A DNA stretch of 64,000 bases from an uncultured Acidobacteriota bacterium. GTDB lineage: Bacteria > Acidobacteriota > Thermoanaerobaculia > Multivoradales > SZUA-115. The DNA is taken from positions 128,001 to 192,000 of the forward strand of contig CAWDVR010000003.1 in the NCBI GenBank assembly GCA_963805975.1, in the 5' to 3' direction. Below are positions 1 to 8,084 of this stretch, piece after piece. A program made the translations under genes and the position numbers. How positions within the stretch are numbered: position 1 is the stretch's first letter; each line of letters begins with the position of its first letter. The notes beneath the pieces are model-generated. The model made no database searches, was not told the origin of the DNA, and saw only the letters and a list, made by a program, of their open reading frames with translations.

Positions 1-2
1 TC

Positions 3-875
3 AGCGTCGAGCATGCCCTGATGCCGGAATTCGTCATCAGCGCCAGCGCCACCGTGCGTAAGTACCAGGACATCCTGGAGTTCGAGCGCCGGGTGATCGT
101 CGACGCGACCGGCGAGGTCCGCACCCACGTGCGGTCGGACTATGAGGGTGTGGCGCGCCCCATCCCCAACAACCTGCCGGATGGCAGCGACGCGGACTTC
201 ATCCAGTACCGGCTGCGCCCAGGGATCACCTACTTCGGTGGTGACTTCCTCCACAACAGCGACCGCGAGCAGGACTACGTCGGTCTGACCCTGGGCTTCA
301 ACAAGCGGCTCTCCAACCGCTGGCTGCTCCGTGGCCACTTCACCTGGACGGACTGGGAGTGGAACACGCCGGACAGCGAGCTCGAGAACCCGTCGGCTCT
401 CGTCCCCGGCGGCCGTGACGGCGATCCGGTGATCACCAACGTCGGCAACGGCTCCGGCGCCAAGGGCAACGTGTACATCAACTCCGAGTGGGCGTACGAC
501 ATCTCCGGCCTCTATCAAATCGCGCCGGATCGCCCGTGGGGCTTCAACGTGGCCGCCAACATCAACGGCCGCCAGGGCTACCCGGCCCTGTACCAGGCCA
601 CCAACTCGGACTTCACCGCCAACCGCGTGTACCAGACCTATGACGACCTCGACCGCTTCCGTCTCGACGACGTCATGATCATCAACGGTCGGATCGAGAA
701 AGAGCTCACCTTCAGCGACTTCGGGCTGACGCTCTCGGTCGACGGCTTCAACCTGTTCAACGAGGCGGTCGTCCTCCAGCGCAATGGCAACGTTCGCTCG
801 GGGACGTACGACCACGTGCTGGAAGTCACCAGCCCGCGCATCTTCCGCATCGGCGCGCGCGTCAACTTCCGGTAA
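3..875 (+). CDS. TonB-dependent receptor, Oar-like (C-terminal part, truncated at window start)
   Basis: Frame open from the window edge; amphipathic beta-strand pattern, DGFNLFNE and C-terminal PRIFRIGARVNFR typical of Oar-like barrels. Confidence 0.85.
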   Translation, partial: SVEHALMPEFVISASATVRKYQDILEFERRVIVDATGEVRTHVRSDYEGVARPIPNNLPDGSDADFIQYRLRPGITYFGGDFLHNSDREQDYVGLTLGFNKRLSNRWLLRGHFTWTDWEWNTPDSELENPSALVPGGRDGDPVITNVGNGSGAKGNVYINSEWAYDISGLYQIAPDRPWGFNVAANINGRQGYPALYQATNSDFTANRVYQTYDDLDRFRLDDVMIINGRIEKELTFSDFGLTLSVDGFNLFNEAVVLQRNGNVRSGTYDHVLEVTSPRIFRIGARVNFR

Positions 876-902
876 GCAGGTACAGTAGCTCTGCAGTCGA
901 TG

Positions 903-938
903 CCGCCGGGGCCGTGAGGCCCCGGCGGTTTTCTTTTT
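903..938 (+). terminator. Rho-independent terminator
   Basis: 11-bp stem CCGCCGGGGCC-GTGA-GGCCCCGGCGG followed by TTTTCTTTTT, just after the receptor stop. Confidence 0.9.
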
Positions 939-993
939 GCCCGACACGCGCGGTAGACTTCCGGCGTCGGGGTTTCGACCCAGGAGAAAGCCA

Positions 994-1968
994 ATGCGCG
1001 CCAGACGATTTGCGATCCGGAGATCTGCGATATTGACCCTCAGCCTGCTGCTGCCGCTGATGGCGGCCTCGGTGCAGGCCCAGGACTGGGCGGGCCGGGG
1101 GCGGGCCCAGGGGCTGGTAACGACTGCCGACAAGAAGCCGGTCGAGGGAGCCAAGGTCACGCTGCGGCTCGACGGCGCCGGCCCGGCGCCGATCATGACC
1201 GACAAGAAGGGCCGCTGGTCCTTCCTGGGGTTGGCCACCGGCACCTGGACGGTCACCATCGAGAAGGAGACCTTCAACACCGCCGAGGGGCCGATCAAGA
1301 TCATCGCGGAATCCGTGGGGCCGGGCGAGATGGCCCGCACCACTCTCAACCCGGCCGCTGTTGCGCAGCAACAGCAGCCATCGGAGGCATCCAAGAAGGG
1401 GGCCGAGGTGCGGGCGGCTCTCGAGCGCGGCAATGCCAACCTCCTGGCGCAGAAATATGCCGAGGCGCGGGCCGAGTACGAGGCGGCGATGGCTCAGATC
1501 GAGGATCCCGCGTCGCATGTCCCGATCCTGCGCTCGATCGCCAGCTCCTACTTCGGCGAGGCCAAGCCGGACGAGGCGGTCGCCACCCTGGAGAAGGCTC
1601 TCGTCATCGCACCCGACGACCAGGAGTCGCTGCGCCTCATCACCACCGTGCTCATCAACTCCGGTAAGGAGGAGCAGGCCGCCGCGTACAAGGCGCGGAT
1701 CACGGGCGACTTCAAGGTCGACCCCTCGATCCTGCTCAACAAGGGCATCGAGCAGTACAACAAGGGCGACTACGAGAAGGCGATGCAGTACTTCGAGCAG
1801 GTCGTGGCCGAGAACCCCGGTTCAGCCGACGCCTACTACTACCGCGGCCTGACCTACCTGGCGACCGGCAAGACCGCCGAGGCCAAGGCCGACTTCACCA
1901 AGGTGCTCGAGATCGACCCGAATCACGCTCGGGCCGCCGACGTGAAGGAGTATTTGGCGAACCTTTGA
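994..1968 (+). CDS. Secreted carboxypeptidase-regulatory-like domain + TPR protein
   Basis: AGGAG RBS before ATG 994; signal peptide ending VQA; PVEGAKVTL..TDKKGRW Ig-like motif; TPR helices (AYYYRGLTYLATG). Confidence 0.85.
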   Translation: MRARRFAIRRSAILTLSLLLPLMAASVQAQDWAGRGRAQGLVTTADKKPVEGAKVTLRLDGAGPAPIMTDKKGRWSFLGLATGTWTVTIEKETFNTAEGPIKIIAESVGPGEMARTTLNPAAVAQQQQPSEASKKGAEVRAALERGNANLLAQKYAEARAEYEAAMAQIEDPASHVPILRSIASSYFGEAKPDEAVATLEKALVIAPDDQESLRLITTVLINSGKEEQAAAYKARITGDFKVDPSILLNKGIEQYNKGDYEKAMQYFEQVVAENPGSADAYYYRGLTYLATGKTAEAKADFTKVLEIDPNHARAADVKEYLANL

Positions 1969-1988
1969 GCTCCATCCCAGGTTCTGTC

Positions 1989-4160
1989 ATGGCTGGACGC
2001 AGAGAGAGCGGCGCGAGGCTCGCCGCCGCTCTCTTCCTGCTGCTCCTTCCCGGCTGCGGGCGGGAACGGACGACGGACTCCTTCCCGGGAGCGCCCATCG
2101 TCCTGATCTCGATCGACACCTTGCGGAGCGACCGGCTGCCGGCCTACGGCTACGCGGGCGTCGAGACCCCCGTCCTTTCCCGCCTGGCGCGCGAGTCCAT
2201 CCTCTTCGAGCATGCCTACAGCCACTACCCGCTCACGTTTCCCTCGCACAGCTCGATCCTGACCGGCCTGCTGCCGTCGGAGCACGGCGTGCGCGACAAC
2301 GTGGGCTATCCGCTCAAGTCCGACACGCTGCCCTACCTGCCGCGGGAGCTGAAGACGGCCGGTTACGCCACCGCGGGCGCGGTCTCGGCTTTCGTGCTCC
2401 AGGGCGATCTGGGGCTCGACCGATCGTTCGATCTCTACGACGACGCCATCGAGGTCCGGCCGGACGTGGGCCTCGGGGGCTTGCAACGGGCGGGCGGCGA
2501 AACCCTAGAGCGGGTGCTGCCGTGGCTCGCCGAGACCGCTTCCAAGCCGTTTTTCCTGTTCTTCCACATCTACGAGCCGCACACGCCCTACACCCCGCCC
2601 GAGCCCTACGCCTCGCGCTATCCGTCCCCCTATGACGGAGAGATCGCCGCCGCCGATGCGATCATCGGCCGGCTGGTGGCCGAACTCGAGCGCCTCGGGG
2701 TGTACGACCGCGCGATCATCGTCCTGCTGTCGGACCACGGTGAAGGCTTGGGCGAGCACGGCGAGGACGAGCACGGCCTGTTCCTCTATCGCGAGAGCCT
2801 CCAGGTGCCGCTCCTGCTCAAGCTTCCCGGCGGGGCCCGGGGCGGCGAGCGGGTGAAGGCACCGGCGCAGTTGATCGACGTGGCTCCGACCCTGCTCGGG
2901 CTGGTGGGCCGGCCGGTTCCGCCGAGCCTGCACGGCACCTCGCTCGTCACCCTCGGAGGAGGGCAGGGCGAGCGGCAGATCTATGCCGAGACCTACTACC
3001 CGCGGCTGCACATGGGTTGGAACGATCTCGCCTCGCTGATCGGCGGCGGTTACCACTACATCGAAGGCCCCGACCCCGAGCTCTACAACCTGGAGCGCGA
3101 TCCCCGAGAGAGCTCCAACGTGCTGGGGCAGGAGAGGCGGACCTTCGCCACTCTGCGCGACGCGCTGCGGGGCTTGAGGACCCCGCTCGCCAAGCCCGGA
3201 GAGGTGGACGCGGACACCGTGGCCAAGCTCTCGGCGCTGGGCTACGCCGGTGCTCCGGCGCGGGTGACCGAGGGGCCGCTGCCCGATCCCAAAGCGCGGA
3301 TCCATACCCTGGAAGATTTCAAGAAGGCCTCCTTCCTGATGAGCCGCAAGGACTTCCTCGGGGCTCTCCCCAAGCTCCAGAAGCTGGTCGCCGACAACCC
3401 TCACATGCAGGACGGGTGGGAGAAGCTGGCCCTCTGCTTCCAGCGCCTGGGCCGGCGCACGGACGCCGTCGCCGCCTACCAGCGGGCGCTCGAGAACTCC
3501 GGCGGCGCGGCCCACGTCGCCCTGTCGCTCGCCACGCTGCTCTCGGACCTGGGGCGCTGGCCGGAGGCTCGGGCCCACGCCGAGCTGGCGCTCGCGGCCT
3601 CACCGGCGGTCGCCCATCAGAAGCTGGCGGAGATCGCCCTGGCTGCCGAGGACTATGCGGAGGCCGAGCGGCAGGCGAGGGCGGCGGTCGAAGCCGACGC
3701 GGACCGGCCGCCAGCCTTGATCTCGCTGGCCCAGGTTCTTAACCGGGTGGGCAAGCTCGAAGAGAGCGCCTCCACCGTGGCGCGGCTCGAGCAACTGACC
3801 GCCCGCGCGCACGCCACGCCGCCGCAGGGCTACTTCCTGGTGCGTGGAGACCTGCTCGCCCGCCAGGGCCGCGCCGCCGAGGCCGAGGCAGCCTTCCGCG
3901 AGGAGATGCAGCGCCACCCGGAGAGCCTGGAGACCTACTCGCGGCTGGCCGTCCTGCAGGTGACCCAGGGCCAAGCGGCGGCCGCCTGGCGCACGCTGCA
4001 GCAGATGGTCGAGAGCAACGACAGCTCGCCGGCGGCCTACGTATCCGCGGTCGAGACGCTGCGCGTGCTGGGCGACCGGCCGACCGCCGACCGGCTGCTC
4101 GGCCACGCGCGCTCCCGCTATCCGCAGGACGAGCGGCTGGCGGCTCTGACCCGGGGCTAG
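1989..4160 (+). CDS. Sulfatase-like hydrolase/transferase (alkaline phosphatase superfamily) with C-terminal TPRs, probable lipoprotein
   Basis: Lipobox LLPGC; ISIDTLRSD, LTFPSHSSILTG, HIYEPH, SDHGE motifs; start could be TTG 1965 or ATG 1989. Confidence 0.85.
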   Translation: MAGRRESGARLAAALFLLLLPGCGRERTTDSFPGAPIVLISIDTLRSDRLPAYGYAGVETPVLSRLARESILFEHAYSHYPLTFPSHSSILTGLLPSEHGVRDNVGYPLKSDTLPYLPRELKTAGYATAGAVSAFVLQGDLGLDRSFDLYDDAIEVRPDVGLGGLQRAGGETLERVLPWLAETASKPFFLFFHIYEPHTPYTPPEPYASRYPSPYDGEIAAADAIIGRLVAELERLGVYDRAIIVLLSDHGEGLGEHGEDEHGLFLYRESLQVPLLLKLPGGARGGERVKAPAQLIDVAPTLLGLVGRPVPPSLHGTSLVTLGGGQGERQIYAETYYPRLHMGWNDLASLIGGGYHYIEGPDPELYNLERDPRESSNVLGQERRTFATLRDALRGLRTPLAKPGEVDADTVAKLSALGYAGAPARVTEGPLPDPKARIHTLEDFKKASFLMSRKDFLGALPKLQKLVADNPHMQDGWEKLALCFQRLGRRTDAVAAYQRALENSGGAAHVALSLATLLSDLGRWPEARAHAELALAASPAVAHQKLAEIALAAEDYAEAERQARAAVEADADRPPALISLAQVLNRVGKLEESASTVARLEQLTARAHATPPQGYFLVRGDLLARQGRAAEAEAAFREEMQRHPESLETYSRLAVLQVTQGQAAAAWRTLQQMVESNDSSPAAYVSAVETLRVLGDRPTADRLLGHARSRYPQDERLAALTRG

Positions 4161-4172
4161 GAACCCGCGACC

Positions 4173-4198
4173 GCAAACCCTCGCCCAGTTCCGCCGTA
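4173..4198 (+). promoter_or_regulatory. Putative ECF-sigma promoter upstream of M48 peptidase
   Basis: GCAAAC-N16-CGTA matches the AAC/CGT ECF promoter pattern. Confidence 0.4.
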
Positions 4199-4232
4199 TC
4201 CGCTTCACGGACCCAAGGAACTGGAGAAGCTC

Positions 4233-5597
4233 ATGCGAAATGGAACACGGCGGTGGCTGCAGGTACTGGCGGTGGCCGGGTTGGCGGGCTGGGTGGCGAC
4301 CACCGCTGGCGCGGTTCCCCAGAGTGAAGCGCCCGCGGGCGCCGGTGCGACGGCCAGCTCGGTGCCACCGTCGGCGGAAGCCGGCTTCGATCCCGTGGCC
4401 GCTACCGAGGCCTACCTCGATCGCCTCACCCCCGAGCAGAAGGAGCGCTCGGACTCTTACTTCGAGGGCGGCTATTGGTTGCAGCTCTGGGGGTTCCTCT
4501 ACGGCCTCGGGGTCGCCTGGCTGCTCCTCGACCGGCGTTGGTCGGCGGCCATGCGCTCGCTCGGTGAGCGCATCACGCGGTTCCAGTGGCTGCGGAACTT
4601 CCTCTACGCCGTGCAGTACCTGGCCGTCACGTTCGTGCTCGGCTTCCCGCTGAGCCTCTACGTGAGCTTTTTCCGCGAGCACCAGTACGGCATGTCGAAC
4701 CAGACCTTCGCTGCCTGGATGGCCGACCAGGGCAAGGAACTGGCCGTGGGCCTGGTGCTGGGGAGCCTCGCCATCGTGGGCCTCTACGCGGTGCTCAAGC
4801 GGGCGCCTCGCACCTGGTGGATCTGGGGCACCGTGGTGTCGCTCGTCTTCCTGATGATCGGCGCCCTGATCGCGCCCGTCTTCATCAACCCGATCTTCAA
4901 CGACTACACGCGGCTCGAGGACCCGGTCGTCCGCGGGCCGATCCTCTCTCTGGCGCGCGCGAACGGCGTGCCGGCGACCGACGTCTGGGTGTCGGACGCC
5001 TCGCGCCAGACCACGCGCATCAGCGCCAACGTCAGCGGCTTTCTCGGCACCGAGCGGATCACGCTCAACGACAACCTGCTCTCCCGCACCTCGCAGGCCG
5101 AGATCGAGGCGGTGATGGGCCACGAGATCGGCCACTACGCGCTCAACCACGTCTACGAGATGATCTTCGAGCTCGGCATCGTGATCGCGCTCGGCTTCGG
5201 CTTCCTCTACTTCGCCTTCGAGCGCGCGCGCCGGCGCTGGGGTAGCGGCTGGGGCATCAGCGGCATCGCCGACGTGGCCGGCCTTCCCCTGCTGGCGGCG
5301 CTGTTCTCGGTGTTCTTCTTCGTCTTGACGCCGGTGACCAACACCATCATCCGTGTCAACGAGGTGGAAGCCGACATCTTCGGCCTCAACTCCGCTCGCC
5401 AGCCGGACGGTTTCGCGGAGGTGGCGCTCAAGCTCGGCGAGTACCGCAAGCTCTCGCCCGGGCCGATCGAAGAGTTCATCTTCTTCGATCACCCGAGCGG
5501 CAGGAACCGCATCCTGATGGCGATGCGGTGGAAGGCGGAGCACCTGACGGGCGGCGCCGCCGAGCCGAGGAGTGGACTCCCGCTTTCGCGGGAGTGA
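4233..5597 (+). CDS. M48 family zinc metallopeptidase (Ste24-like)
   Basis: Multiple TM helices, HEIGH zinc motif, EVEAD and DHP motifs. Confidence 0.9.
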   Translation: MRNGTRRWLQVLAVAGLAGWVATTAGAVPQSEAPAGAGATASSVPPSAEAGFDPVAATEAYLDRLTPEQKERSDSYFEGGYWLQLWGFLYGLGVAWLLLDRRWSAAMRSLGERITRFQWLRNFLYAVQYLAVTFVLGFPLSLYVSFFREHQYGMSNQTFAAWMADQGKELAVGLVLGSLAIVGLYAVLKRAPRTWWIWGTVVSLVFLMIGALIAPVFINPIFNDYTRLEDPVVRGPILSLARANGVPATDVWVSDASRQTTRISANVSGFLGTERITLNDNLLSRTSQAEIEAVMGHEIGHYALNHVYEMIFELGIVIALGFGFLYFAFERARRRWGSGWGISGIADVAGLPLLAALFSVFFFVLTPVTNTIIRVNEVEADIFGLNSARQPDGFAEVALKLGEYRKLSPGPIEEFIFFDHPSGRNRILMAMRWKAEHLTGGAAEPRSGLPLSRE

Positions 5598-5642
5598 CGG
5601 CGACAGGGCATCGAACGTCATTCCCGCGAAAGCGGGAATCCA
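5573..5642. repeat. Inverted pair of REP-like palindromes (GTCAYTCCCGCGAAAGCGGGARTCCA)
   Basis: 5573-5599 and 5616-5642 are reverse complements apart from 2 covarying positions; the first copy supplies the M48 stop codon. Confidence 0.85.
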
Positions 5643-5716
5643 TCCGGTTTTGACACCGCTCGAGATACCCACGGACGCGGGGGAGAGGACCGGGTGAGGG
5701 TGCTAGGCTCCGCGGC

Positions 5717-6451
5717 ATGGCTCGCAGCTTCGCTGTCCTGGTCTCGGTCCTGCTCCTCGCCTGGCCCGCGGTGGCGGCCGCGCCGTCGCCGGACGCCATC
5801 GCGCTGCTCCTCGAAGCGGTGAAGGTGGACGCCGCGTTCCATGGCCGGCAAGCCGGGCGCGACGAGCTGTCCCCCGGTGTGCTGGCGGCGCTCGCCGAGG
5901 TGCCGCGGCACGAGTTCGTGCCCGTGGCGGCGGCGGGCCTGGCCTGGGAGAACCGGCCGGCGGCGCTGGGCAACGGGCGCACGCTGCCGCCACCCTACTT
6001 CTCCGCCCTGATGGCCGAGATGCTCGACATCGGTCCCGGCGAGCGGGTGCTCGAGATCGGCACCGGCTCGGGCTACCAGGCGGCGATCTTGGCGCGGCTG
6101 GCCGGCCGGGTGCGTACCGTCGAGCCGGTGGGAGCGCTCGCTCGGCAGGCCTCCGCGCGGCTGGCACGCCTCGGCTTCCCCGGCGTCGAGGTGCGGCACG
6201 GCGAAGGCCTCGCCGGCTGGCCGGAGGAAGCGCCGTTCGACGGCATCGTCGTCACCTTGGCCGTTGCCGAGATCCCGCCGGCGCTCCTCGCCCAGCTCGC
6301 GCCGGGCGGCACGATGCTCGTGCCGCTCACCCACGGCGGCTCGACACCGTATCTGACGCTGGTGCACAAGAACGAGAAGGGCAAGCTCAAGCCCAAGCCG
6401 CGGCCCCTGGTGGCCCTGGCCGTCGAAGCGCTACCGCCTTTTGCCGAGTGA
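5717..6451 (+). CDS. pcm: Protein-L-isoaspartate O-methyltransferase family
   Basis: VPRHEFV, VLEIGTGSGYQAA, GWPEEAPFDGI, LAQLAPGG motifs. Confidence 0.85.
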   Translation: MARSFAVLVSVLLLAWPAVAAAPSPDAIALLLEAVKVDAAFHGRQAGRDELSPGVLAALAEVPRHEFVPVAAAGLAWENRPAALGNGRTLPPPYFSALMAEMLDIGPGERVLEIGTGSGYQAAILARLAGRVRTVEPVGALARQASARLARLGFPGVEVRHGEGLAGWPEEAPFDGIVVTLAVAEIPPALLAQLAPGGTMLVPLTHGGSTPYLTLVHKNEKGKLKPKPRPLVALAVEALPPFAE

Positions 6452-6459
6452 AGGCCGGC

Positions 6460-7257
6460 TCACGCCAGCGCTTCCGCGACGTCGGCCCAGGAGACCCCCT
6501 GCTCCGCGAGCGCCGCGTGCAGCTCGGCGAGCTGGCGGTTGATGCGGCGGTAGAGGCTCTTCTGATCGAGCGTCAGCGCGGTGGCGATCGAGCTCACGGC
6601 ACGGTCGTCGCAGAAGCGCATGCGGAGAATCAGCCGATCCTCGGCCGGCAGTGAGGACAGGGCGCGGGCGAGCGCCACCTGCACCTTCCTCGCCTGCCGT
6701 GCGTGCTCGCGGTCCCGCAGGCCGTCGTCGGCGCGCTCTCGCGCCGCCTCGCTGGCCAGGTTCAGACCGCCTTCCTCCCGGCGCCGGCCGCGGTGGGGAA
6801 GGCGCCCGGCGAGATCCAGGAGCTCCGCCTCCGAGATCGTCACCTGGTAATTGGTGACCAGCAGGGCGACGGCCTCGCGGGGGCTGTGGCCTTCACGGTA
6901 GAGGAGGCGGTCGAGGAGCACCCCCACCTTGCCGGCCCGGCGCGCCTCGGCGGACGGCCGCCACTTCCCCCACTTCTCGATGCGCCAGTCGAGGAACAGT
7001 CGGCCGACCACGGTGGTGAGGTAGGTGCGCAGCGTGCTGCCGCCGCGGAACTTGCGGAGGATCGCATAGCCGTTCTCGCACAGGCGCACGCTTGCACGCG
7101 ACTTGAACTCCTCGGCCTCCTCGGGCGCCAGCGCGTGGCGCTGGCACACCCAGCGGATGACGCTCTCGACGAGCGGCCAGTTTGACTCGAGGCGGGCCTT
7201 GAAGTGGCCCTCCTCGAGCTGTGCTTCTCCGCTCTCGGTGACCGGCTCGGCGAGCAT
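6460..7257 (-). CDS. ECF-type sigma-70 factor with internal insertion
   Basis: Region 2 (ILRKFRGGSTLRTYLTTVV) and region 4 (LPAEDRLILRMRF..IATAL..SLYRR); GGAGG RBS before ATG 7257. Confidence 0.85.
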   Translation of the reverse strand: MLAEPVTESGEAQLEEGHFKARLESNWPLVESVIRWVCQRHALAPEEAEEFKSRASVRLCENGYAILRKFRGGSTLRTYLTTVVGRLFLDWRIEKWGKWRPSAEARRAGKVGVLLDRLLYREGHSPREAVALLVTNYQVTISEAELLDLAGRLPHRGRRREEGGLNLASEAARERADDGLRDREHARQARKVQVALARALSSLPAEDRLILRMRFCDDRAVSSIATALTLDQKSLYRRINRQLAELHAALAEQGVSWADVAEALA

Positions 7258-7427
7258 CGCGACCTCCCCCCGCGCGGCAAGACTCGTGATTGCTTGTCTT
7301 CGGGGCTCATCACCTATAACGTCGCACTCCGCAAAAGCGAACAGGGGACGATGTCGAAGCTGGGGCAAGTGTCTTGCAGGGCCGGTGGCAGCAGCCGCGA
7401 CCTCGAGCTCCCAGTGGACGGAAAACG

Positions 7428-8084
7428 GTGAGCAGCCACTTTGTGCAGCCGCCCAGGACGGATCGGCCGCCCTTGCCGGAAGGCGAGCGGACCCTCGATG
7501 GCGAAGCATCGATCGGTTTTGCCGGCGAGTCGACGCTCGATCTCCTCGCGCGCATCCGGGTTGGTGACCGCGCAGCCCGGGACGCCCTCTGCCGGCGCCT
7601 CTACCCCCGCCTGACCCGGTTTGCCCACAGCCAGCTTCCGCCCCAGGCTCGCGATCTCAAGGAGACCGGCGACCTGGTCAACGAGGCGCTGTTCAAGACC
7701 TTCTCCAACCTCGATTCCTTCGAGCACCGCCACCAGGGCTCGCTGTTCGGCTATCTGTGCCGGGGCGTGCGCAACCAGATCAACGACGAGATCCGTCGCG
7801 TCTCCCGCCATCCGCCGCGCGAGGTGATGGCCGGCAGCGTGATCGACCACCGACCGTCGCCCGTCGAGCTGGCGATCGGCCGCGAGCAGCACGAGCTCTA
7901 CGAGCGCGCCCTCGCCCAGCTCTCGGACACCGACCGCGAGGCGATCTTCCTCAGCCTGGAGCTCGACCTGAGCAACAGGGAGATCGCCGAGGCCCTGGGC
8001 AAGCCCTCGGCCGACGCCGCCCGCATGACCGTGAACCGTGCCGTGCTCCGGCTCGGCCGGCTCCTCGAGCGTGCCGGTGTCTGA
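7428..8084 (+). CDS. ECF sigma factor (kinase-associated)
   Basis: DLVNEALF region 2, ALAQLSDTDREAI..SNREIAEALG region 4; stop overlaps the kinase start; start codon uncertain. Confidence 0.85.
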   Translation: MSSHFVQPPRTDRPPLPEGERTLDGEASIGFAGESTLDLLARIRVGDRAARDALCRRLYPRLTRFAHSQLPPQARDLKETGDLVNEALFKTFSNLDSFEHRHQGSLFGYLCRGVRNQINDEIRRVSRHPPREVMAGSVIDHRPSPVELAIGREQHELYERALAQLSDTDREAIFLSLELDLSNREIAEALGKPSADAARMTVNRAVLRLGRLLERAGV

